Assembly: GCF_964204645.1 (NCBI RefSeq)
Contig: NC_134027.1
Coordinates: 22,158,560-22,222,559, forward strand
Length of the DNA: 64,000 nucleotides
Source: Tubulanus polymorphus
Lineage: Eukaryota; Animalia; Nemertea
Direction of reading: 5' to 3'
This document shows positions 14,089 through 26,000 of this stretch, piece after piece. Every line of letters begins with the position of its first letter. Position 1 is the first letter of the stretch. The translations under genes were made by a program, and so were the position numbers. The notes beneath the pieces are model-generated. The model had not been told where the DNA came from, made no database searches, and saw nothing but the letters and a program-made list of their open reading frames with translations.

Positions 14089-17000
14089 TCACACTACGGG
14101 TTCTTGTTCGTCTCGTTCACTATTACTATAAATATAAGTTTGCGTAGTAGGCACGTTGTAATACGTAGCGACGCGAGCCGATTCCGACGCACTTCTTTGC
14201 GGCTGTTCGAGCACGTTTATCACATCCTGTACTTCGTGTACTAAATCTCTGAAACTCAAACGTTTATCGGGATTCCTCGTCCAGCACATGTGCATTACGT
14301 TATACCTGAAATGAAAATTATCGACGATTAATTAATCAACAGATTTAATAGACCATGCTGAGCGTATGTGTAAACCACCAGTTTGGAGTTTGTAAGGAGC
14401 TGATGTGAAACTCAACCTTAGTGAGAAGGCAGGGGTCGTGGCCCCCGAAACCACCCACTAATCTAGGATTTTATCCGTGTTTAGACATACTGAAGGAAAA
14501 TATGCTTGCTTTTACACAGGGGGCCTCAAGATTCAGGCATAAATTATAAATCAATAATCCTGATGTCTTTAAATGCGGTTATTGAAATCACAGTAGACTG
14601 TGCCTAAACCGGTAAAGTTGGGATCTTCATTTTTCTACCAAATTAGTCGGTTACCGTTTTGAAGCACAACAACTGAATAAGTCCTTTCATGTAGACTTAA
14701 CGTTTTACGTTCTCTTACATTATGCGACACTTTCCTCAACTTCAGTTCACTCATGATGCACTTTTGTAATGAAAACAATGGGCGATTTAAGTCACGAGTG
14801 TGCAGTAATAGTGACATAGGGCTTAATATAAATCATTGAAAAGAAAGATGGATAGTATTGTAGGTGTAGTTTACCGGTTTAGGGGCAAAATGAACGGAAA
14901 TCATGTCAAAATTTACCTGGGTGAGGTAAATTACCGAATAGAATGATAACGGACCAGGCTATGTTTATGTATTGAAAAACAGTAGTAAACGGAAATCTTA
15001 GTTTTAATTCACTGAATTAAACGGGTTACCGATGCACCTGTTCCCGTTTAGGCAGAGTCTACTGTACGATAATAAGGCTCATTTCTCTACTGATTGAAAC
15101 GGAATACTTACAGCTGATCGGGACAGTAAGCCGGTTGAGGTAAAATCCTCCCCTCTTTCAAATATTTCAGTATGTCCCAATTGTCTACTCCGGGATACGG
15201 CGTGACTCCTCGAGTAATCAACTCCCATAGTACAACTCCATACGACCACTGAAATACACATTAACAAATGGCTTAATTAATCATTGTGACTGAAAACAAA
15301 ATTTCAAACTAAAATAAGAACTGTTTTATTAAGTCCTAGTGTTGGCAAGTCGTCCATAAATTGGCATCTCATGATTCTTAGAACAGTTTGTAACAGCTAA
15401 AGTCAACCCCCGATATACCGCCCACATCGGTGCAGAACAATTTTGGCGGTATAGAGAGTATGGCAGTATATCGGGGAGTTTCACTATGTATTTGTATTGG
15501 GATGCTCATTGAGAAACCTGGCGCTAGGCGGGGGTGGCGGTATATGGGAGGGCGGTATATCGGGGGTTCACTGTATAACATTTTGAAAATCGACAAATTC
15601 GAAAATCAAACGCTAATTCAATAAAGCGTTTGACGATAGTGATTTTAACAGATGCGTGTTTGTTCTGACAAAATTTAACTGATTGTCACGCCATTTCCAA
15701 CGTGAGAATGACAAGCATCGTTGCATAACAGTGCCTGGTACTTCTTCTATCAAAACCGCCCATATCACATTGCTAGAATAAAACCAACCAAGTGTAACCT
15801 GCAGTACCGGTATCATTATCGAGTCTATGAAATGACAATTTTTAAATTTGTATTCATGAGCAAGAGCGCCAAGAATAAAGATGGCGAATTTCACCGGTGG
15901 CTAAATGCAATACCGCAGTGCCGGGTCGTATAGAAAAACCATTGGCGATGAATCCAAATTTAGAAAATATTGGCAAAAACCATAGGAAAGGGTACAGTAC
16001 TCGATGAAAATATAGTTTCCTGGAAAGGTGCTGATTGATTGATATTTCAGTCACGTTTTTGAATAGTGACTCTTGACTGAGTTATTGAAAATCTATCACT
16101 CACCACATCGGTTTTCATATCGAATATATTTTTCTCGAAACTTTCCGGGGCCATCCATCGCACCGGCAATTTTCCCTTCTTTTCTCCAATCTTATAATAG
16201 GATTGTTCATAAATATCTCTGGATAAACCGAAATCTGCTACTTTTACGGTCATCATATCGTCCAACCTATGAAATATACAGATGCACTGACTAAGCCTTT
16301 CTTTTAATTCTGATATCACACTGCAACTGACATTCATTAAACAGCCAAAATCAAGTGTACATACAGTAGACACACGGGACCGGATCTTAGTACGGTAGCG
16401 GAACTGAGCTAAAATTTGGCTAGGGCCTGGTCCAACATTACTGGTTGGGCCAAAAATGCTTGTGTGATCGTGGCTATAGTATAATTGAAGATTTTGAAGT
16501 TCAAAATCAAAACTGGGGCAAATTCGTTCTATGGTTGAGTGGGTGCCAAAATTAAAATCTGTCTGAATCCAATGGTAAATTTTTTTGGCCTACTGGTTGG
16601 AAAATTGTCCAATCTTAGGCAGTTCAAGACATTGGAACTATTTCTACAAATAACTCGATGTGTTTTAGTTCAATGGTGGTATATCCAAATCAAACAGTAA
16701 ATCAAATAAGTCATCATAGTTAGGACCTTCACCATATTGATGACTTTCCAAATGATGACTTATACTTAGTACATTTAGTTGGAAATACTAATGGGTACTA
16801 AAAACTAGATGACAAAATATAGTACACTTCCGTTTGTATATAAATACTTTGATGGCAACTAATGCGTTGAAGCGAGTATAACTTAACTATATATAGTTTG
16901 TTACTTAGAGGCAAATGTTAATTGACTGTGGTGGAACCCGTACAGGGGGTTGATATACTTACATACAGTTACGTGCGGCTAAATCGCGATGTACAAACTT

Positions 17001-20000
17001 CAGACTAGATAAATATTCCATTCCGTGAGCGATCTGAACACCGAAATTGATCAAATCTTTCACTGTCGGACACTGTAATAATAATAACGTCGGTTTCAGC
17101 TATTAAGACGCAAATTGAAAGACTCAACATTCTATTTCGGAAATAGGGATCCATGGATTCCATGCATGCCCACTTGGTGAATCCTAGATAATTCAACAAT
17201 TCTAATATTTAACGCCCCCTGGTGAATGAATACTGTAATCATTGACCTTGAAACTTGGAACAACCATAGTACATGCCCATTAGCTACAATTTTGCTATTG
17301 ATTCTGGTTACAAAATATATCAAGGTATCAATATGAATGTATAGAAAAACCATGTTATTACCATCCTCCCTAGGCAGGGATTCGAACTTATGGCATCGCT
17401 ACACTCAGCCACAGCACGAACCCCTGCCACAGTAGACCGGGCGTACAGGTACATGCGCAGCTTTGCCGCAAAAAAAACTTGCGGCATTAATCAGATAACT
17501 CGTATAATCGCTGAGGGAAATTTCACGGAAGAACTATAAATGGGAAAACACGGGATTTCTGATTGGCTAATAATGACATAACCTAAGCTGCGCATTTAGC
17601 TGTGCATTCAGTCTAGTGTGGCAGGGTTTTGTACCGTGGCAATCTCGATGTTATCAGGTTCGAATTCCTGCCAGGGGAGGATGTGTTATTACATAAATCA
17701 ATGCCCCCTTGGCGAACAAATACAGAAACTAATGACCTTCAACCTCACCACCATCATAGAATGTCATGAACTACAATTTTGCAGCTGATTGAGGTAACCA
17801 CAAATAGATGAGTGCTGATACATATGGTAATACTCTATTACTCACATTATTTTCATCTCTGATGTAAGATAACAGGTCTCCATGTTTCATAAATGGTAGC
17901 ACAACTAAAGGCATCACTTCCTTATTCAAGCAAATACCGATCAAACTCAATACGTTTTCATGATGAAAATCTTTCATGATCAATGCTTCACGTATGAAAT
18001 CATTTACATCCTGGTCATCATCTTTACGACCTACAAAATATTGATAAATGTATGCTAACGCTATATAGACTGGCACCAAAGACCCCTTCAATGGTACTCA
18101 TGTTCATAAATTCATATAGGTATTAACAGAATCTGAAAATAACAGTGACCAGATAAAAATTATGTACTTACAAATCATTGTTTTTAGCGCCACTTCGATG
18201 TCGACCTTTTTATCCGGTCGAATCAAAGTTCCTCGTTTAACTAAACCAAAATGTCCTAAAGTTAGAAACGAAGGCAAAAGTTATTGTTATTCTCAATCCA
18301 AATTTCGGACGTTTGAAAAATTGAAAATGATTTCTGTGTCTCAGCAAGTATAGGTTAAAAGAAGGTAGAGTTGGATTAACCCTTTCAGTGCTGACTTTCG
18401 CTATAGTGCTTCTACTGCATTGTAAGTTACTAATATATCACATAATTCTGCAATTGTGGTTACAAAATATGCCTAGGTACCAATATATATGTATATATAT
18501 ATGGGTACAAAACTAAGCCAGCCACACTGAAAGGGTAGAGGGGTAGGGGAAATGATTTTGTTCAAAGTGAACCATCATTACCAGTGGCAGGCCTATGTAA
18601 TATGCACTGATTTATTAAGAATGCGAACCTTGTCCAATAGTTTCAGCGACAATTAATTCACTTTGATCAATAACTAAACGAGCATCACTAATTAACATCA
18701 TCGTTTCATCATCTACGGTATATCTAGGTACTGCCATTGCCATAGCCATCGGCGGATGAGGGGGACCATACACTGTAACACAATAAACATACGATAAACA
18801 TGCATCTAGTTTGAGTTTCCAAAGACCAACGGGGTTAAGTGAAAAACTGCAAGCATTAGTGGAACTGAGGTACCAGCTACATATTTCTATCGTAATGCAG
18901 AATTTGAATCAAGAAACCAACAATTTCAACTCATAAGAGATAAGAAACATTTTGTGAATTAAGTAATCAAGGTTGTATTAAATGCTGAGGCAACAGCAGA
19001 CTGGATACATATTCACTATGATACACCGGTAATCAAGCCTAATGAAAAACCTCGAAATACGAAATGATTGTGTTCGGATGTTTAGATGGCACAGCGAAAC
19101 GACCTACAGCGCCACATAGTGATAAGGAAGGCAATTGTATCACTTGATAATACTTGATAATGACGCTTATTTTGATCAGTCATGTGATCGGCTCGTTACT
19201 AATGATTGGCTATTGTATATTCTTGTATAGCTCCTCTTTAGCAGACTGCAATGAAAATGATATTTAAGTTTCATGTTTATTCTATACGGTGTGCGCCAGG
19301 CTTCCATTTGCCAATCGTAAATTGTTAATCTAGTAAACGGTATCCATCAGTTCAGCGTAAATACATAATGGCAGGAATTTACACACAAGCGGTCTTCACC
19401 ATAAGTTCAAATCCTTGCAAAGGGGATCGGAATAATTTAGCTCTACCTGTATATTGAACTTTCTTGCCGCGTTCACACTATATAATTGAAAACGTTTTAA
19501 ATTTAGTTCGCTCTTATTCAGAACAGACCAAGCATTCATACTAGCAAAAAGTCTGCTCTAAACTGGTCTGTTCCGTTTCAGAATGGACTTTTTTGACCGA
19601 CCAAAAAGAGCATTGCAGGTCCATTCTCAATTTTAGAAAAGACGACATCTCTCTGTGTGAGTAGAAACTTTTCTTTTATGGCATATCAATCATAGCATTG
19701 TGTCAAGCTGGACTAGAGATAACAGCTGATTTAAAAACTTGAATGAATGCACCGCATTGATTTAGTCCGTTTTAAATTGGTCCGTTCCAAATACTGGCAA
19801 AGTTAGAACGAACTAACCAGCGATAATGTGAACACAGCTCAGGAAACATCTCAGGAAAAACTATTCTCCATCCGACAATATACTACCGTGATTTAGGAAT
19901 ACATGCAAAAAATGAAAAATAATCATTAGTTCTATATACCAAGCCAATGGAGGGTGTATGGAACATAAAAACAGCTGGCATCATATGATTCAAAAACTCA

Positions 20001-23000
20001 ACTCATGCGCTAAACAACAATACTGAAAACTAAAAACAAAACTGAAAGGAAAAAATTGAAGCTTTGATGATGGAGACACTGAAAATACAACACACAATCA
20101 TACGAACAAGCGATAATTACTGAGTTTCATAGAATACTAGAATCCGTATTCTGTTAAATAGAATTAAGTTGGCACAGAGACTGCGTGTACCGCGGTGTCT
20201 ACCGACGTCATCCAATAAATGTGAGAACTCACCTGAAAAATAATACATACTGGTATTTATCAGCTAGACGTGGATCTCGTACATGTATAAACATAACCCA
20301 CCACGAAAAAAAGCAGTCAGATATTTCAGGATTTAACCTAGGGTTGGTTACCCTTATGTAGAGGTTTTAGTTTTTAACCTGGTCCTAGTGGTTATCGTAG
20401 CGATATTGAGAATTAGTGTTAACCAGGATTACTATGACATAATTACATCCAAAAAATGCATTAAACCAATAATAGAATGATATACATGACATTATTAAAA
20501 AAAAGATTTATATGCTGGCCCTGATAACATATTCAGTAACAATATTCAAAATACAGTTCCGTTCCACAGTTGTGGCACCCAAAATCTTAGGCTGAAAAGG
20601 AACCAACATTGACTGTTGAGTCATAGCATTTGAGTCAAATTCACCAGCCACATCTATAGGCTACCATCGTTAAACTGGGCCATGAATTATAGAGTTTTTG
20701 TTAATAAAACAAAGATCAACGTTATACAAATATCTACGCGAAAGTTAGCATGTAGAGCTGTCACACGTAAAACAACAAGAGAGCATATTCAATCATAGTC
20801 ACTGCGATATGGCTCGGACTGGTTTAAGGTACTTTAAAAAGAAATAATACTGGTCATAAAACCATTCATGGACTTAACCTCATATGAGAAGGCTACTAGT
20901 GAGTATACTATAGCAGTCACATAAATCTACAAACTATATAGACGTGACCACAACAGATATGAGAATGATGTTGATTGGAGTGTTTTTATCATTTTGAGAT
21001 GACCATGTAGATGGTGACACAGTAAAAATAGCAGTAGAGACTTAATTGTATTCTGTGTTATTGTAAAGAGGTGTACCTGTAAATCGTATGTTTATTGTAT
21101 TCTGTAAAGCTTGTATCGTAAATATTGTAAACGCTTGTAAAATCTACTACAGCTCAACTGCTGATCCGTCACTCGTGAGCAGGGGCTCTTCTAGTTTTAA
21201 CTTTGTGTTTCAAGGATATTACATGGTCTTCAGTTAAACAGCTTGTAGTGGTTCAGTTATGGAATGTCGACAGCCAGGGCGAACTTCAGTTATCGGAGTT
21301 AGTCGAATATTTGCGAACACTAAGTGAATCGGAATGTCAGTTAGTCGGAACTGTAGTCCAGAAATAGGCAATCTGAGCATGATCTCTGGAGTTCTGACTT
21401 AGTTCCAAGATCCAAGATGGCCACCACTGTGAAATATGTTAATATAGTGAGTTCCATTATCAGTTGCGATCACTAGCCGACTAACTACGAAAACTGAAAT
21501 TCGCCCTCGCGGAGGTTAGAAATTTGAATTCAATTAGACGAGAAGATACAATATCCGTGTATGATGATGACGAGAGAAATCCCACAATAACGAAGCCAAG
21601 ATTGAAAAATTCTGTATCAGAATGATTGTATTTGAGGAGTGACGTTTTGGCGTTTCAGTACGCCTGATGATGGCTGACAGTTGTTAGCCGAAACGTCGCT
21701 CCTCAAATATAATCATTCTGATATAGAATTTTTCAATCTTGGCTTCGTTATTGTGGAATTTCTCTCGTTGAATTCAATGCTATGTTGTTTTACGCGTGAC
21801 AGCGTCCGTTGTTAGAAAGCTCTTACCGTTATCGTTACTGTCTATGCGATGCGATGAGTGTGCAGCGTGATAAGTAACGGCCATACCTGACGGCGACCGG
21901 GGTTTACTGAACGGCCATTTCTGTCGTCGCCGCTGACGCATCAACAATCCGATTATGACCATGAGTAACAGGGCGATGAGTAAACACACGAATAACGGTA
22001 CCAGCCAGGTACTCGCCGGAAGTACGGACGTATACCGGAGATAACCGATATCGAATATCAGATTGCCAACGTGAACCTAAAACAAAACATACCAAGAAAA
22101 TTTTATACCTCTGTTAACCATTCAGTGCTAACTAATTAATACCCGAAAGTGCTGGAGACAATTTGAAAATTCTAAAATAGGGGTCCAGGGACACCACGCC
22201 AACTTGGGAAGTGGTTTGAAACGCTCAACAATCTGACAATGTCAATATTCAGCACCCCCCCGGCAAAGGTATATTTGAACCAGTGACCTTGAAACTGGCC
22301 ACAATCATAAAACATGCGATGACCTACAATTTTGCAATTGATTGTGGTAACAAAATATGCCAAGGTACTAATATGATAAGGTAATACAGAGTTAGTTCGC
22401 CATTCAACGCCCCCTGGTGACCATGTACAAAATCCAATGACCTTGAAACTCGCTACAATTATAGAACATGTCATAAGCTACAATTTTTTTGGGCTGAAGG
22501 TGTATGTGTCTAATGTCTATTTCAACCTGACTTGAGAGCATTCCGGGTGGCCAAGCTCAGTCAGTTTTGGTAGTAACTACCTGATAGAAGTCTTATTAGG
22601 AACAGAATGCATTGGCAGCTTAACTAAAATATTTTTTAATCCACTTTAAACTGTATTGAAGGATATCCAAAAAATCTGCATTGAGAGGGGTTCCTGAGAG
22701 AAAAGAGACTCCATGATTTGAAAGTTTAACAATATGTCTCCATGCCTACCAACTGAAGTTTGGTACGTAGGCATGGAAACATATTGTTAAACTTTCAAAT
22801 CATGGAGTCACTTCTCTTCATTTAACCCCTTTCAGTGAAGACTTTTTGGATATCCTTCAATACAGTTTCAAATGGATTAAAAACTGATGATTTAGGTTGA
22901 CTGCCTGTCCTTTCTGGTCCTAATAAGACTTCTATCAGGTATGTACTACCAAAACTGATTGAGCTAGGCCATCCGGAATGCTCTCAAGTCAGGTTGAAAT

Positions 23001-26000
23001 AGACATTAATGTCTATTTATTAATTGATGAGACCTGTTTTTCTGGGATATTTTGCTTACTTTTTGGGGTACATACCTCATTTATGTCTTAACAGAATGCC
23101 AAAAATCGCGGAAAACAACTGAATATCCGATATATTTCCAGTTCTGTACCAATTAGATGGATTGGCAAAAAGACTCCTTAAGTCCAGTTGAATGAGAGAG
23201 AAAATCCTCCATTTTGTCAAATTTCTTGGATTTGAACATTGTTACCATGCCTACGCCACCCTGATTTAGTTGTTGAGACCCCACAAGAAAAATAACTTCA
23301 TTTCGTAGGCAAGGTGACAATGTAAAAATTCAAGAAATTTGACAAAATGGAGGATTTTCTCTTGCATTCAATTGGACTTAAGGAGTCTTTTTGCCAATCC
23401 ATCTAATTGGTACAGAACTGGAAATATATCGGATATTCAGTTGTTGTCCGCGATTTTTGGCATTCTGTTAAGACCTAAATGAGGTATGTACCCCAAAAAG
23501 TAAGCAAAATATCCCAGAAAAACAGGTCTCATCAATTAATAAATAGACATTAGGATAGATACATGTGTAAACCACATATCAAGACGGTCGGTTGAAGCAT
23601 TTTCAAAACTTCCCAAAATTAACAGGATTCCATTTAGTTGGACGTACAGACGGATGAAAAGTGAATGCAAAATAGCCCGTACTTAAGTCACAAGTGGGCT
23701 GAAAATGAACATGATGAATTATTACCCCCTGGTTCCCACAGTAAGGCCTATATTAATTCAAAATTGCCAGAAAAAATAGAAAAACTTTTCCCCCAGGATT
23801 TCATTAGTGATTATTCAATTTTTCCAAATGGAAATGGGGCCTTCGTATTGAGCATATACCAACAATCTGGATCAACTGTAATGACTCCAATTATTCAATC
23901 TGCCAGGAATTCGACTCACCTCAACTTTTTGACGAGGTTCATTTTCGCTAATCTGGACTGGTCGATTCAGCGGTTCACACTTAAGTTCATCTTCGGTTAA
24001 ACTACTAACGTTACAATTACTTGATCCTAATATCACTTTCACATCTTCTTTACGATGAGCTGAATTCAATCTTTTACCCTGCAAAAAATATCACCAATAC
24101 ACAGTTAAGTGTAAAGATATCAGCTGTATTCACACGCTAAGTTAGTCCATTCTAATTTTGTCCATTTTTGGAACAGACCAATTTAGAATGAACCCTTGAT
24201 TATAAATAAACAGACCTGCCAACATTGAGTTTGACTATGTCTGAACAATTCTGAATATTGCCAGTAACATAGGCCTATAGGAGTTCCTCAGTAACATCAC
24301 CAGTTTGACAGATTACACAATGGTACCAAAATGTCTGAATGTACTTTCCAAATTAGCCCGTAACGTATTGTAGTTTCCCCGTAACAGCACTGGTATCCTG
24401 CAATAACACGGATTTGGTAACGCACGGGTATTTAACTTCGATAGTCTGGTTTAAATTTCTGGAGCCTGCATCTCTTCTGGGAACAGGCGGCGGCTTCATC
24501 ATCAGCCGATAGAGCAACGATTTCCGATTCACTATAGGCCTAGTTACTATCGTCCATTTTCCTTACTACAGATTTTACAGAAACAGAACCAAACATGGCC
24601 TACTTCTGTTATCCGAAGAAACTTGCCACAGTACACACACCGATAAATGATAAGCAGGTGGCGTCACATGTCGGCTGGGGATTGTGCTATTAAATATTTC
24701 TATCGCCGCTGACGAACTCAAACACGTAATTTATTAGACATAAAACCGAACATCGTAACATGTTTACAGTTCAATTGTGTTTTATAGAACCAAAACAGAA
24801 CAACGTAACATTTTATTTTTTCCACTGTATTTTTTTCATTCTGATCGGAAAACGCTGTATTATCGACATACCAAACGTAACGTATTACGGCGAAACCGTA
24901 ACGTTTGGCAGGTCTGAATAAATAATAATAATATGTGTCTTATAAAGCGCTAAATCCAGCAAAGCTGCACAGAGTGCTTTACAGTTTTTGGTATTATTAC
25001 CCCAGTCATTTGATACTCTCTAATGTATCAGTCACATCGAGCGCTAACAAGCGCTCAGGAGTCATCTATCAGGCTAGGTACCCATTTACTCCTGGGTGGA
25101 GAGAGGCAATGAGGATAAGTGTTTTGCCAGAGGACACTACGGTAATGTATGGGGTTCGAACCCACGACCTGACTTCCCAGAGTTGAAAACTCTAACCGCT
25201 CGGCCACACTGCTCCACACATATTACACGCAAAAATCTGAATCATTTCTAACTAACCTTGATATCGAGATGAATGTCGTTGATGTAAAACAATCGTAGGT
25301 TTTGCGGTCCGGAAAATCGATGATAGACAGGATCGGGATAGTATCGCAGACGGCTCAGTTCGGGCTGCGTGGAATCGAACTCACGAAGCGGTTTAACGCC
25401 ATCCATTATGAACCAGATGTCGGTAATGACGGATTTATCGGCGAGGATATCGACATCTTTTATCACGTCGGAGATGTTAGCGGTCTTACATTTCATCGAC
25501 TTTCCGTCGCGCGCTGATGAACACGGCTGAAACCAAAATGTTCAAATAAATCAGAAGCAATCAAGGAGGTAAGACCCCCATTAACCCTTTCAGTACTGAC
25601 TAATTAGTACCCAAAAGTGCTGAAGATAATTTGAAAATTCCACCCCAGTGTGTTGTATAACGGACATACTGCTATCAGTTCCTCTACACCGCAGTGCGGT
25701 GTATTCTTAGTTACTAATATTGCAATGCTGACAGGTGCTGCCATCTTTCAATATAGATAAAACCAAAAATACATAAAGAGGACTCTTTATGTATTTTTGA
25801 TAAAACCTAATTACTGATAACATCAATTGACCGCAATGCAGTGTACTAGCTAAGTCCATCACCGATTTATATGCTGCACTGCGCTGTAGATGCAATGAAA
25901 GGGTTAAAGACTTTTTTATTTCTGTTCAACATCAAGCAACACGATATAGGTATTTCTCAGAGAAAATGAGTGACAAATACGAAACCAGGATCATTTGGGA

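Noticed and set aside
6692-14305. Functional cluster of a glycan sulfotransferase with MET (sulfated glycans modulate HGF/MET)
   Set aside because: Only adjacency in convergent orientation; no evidence of co-regulation or conserved synteny is visible here.
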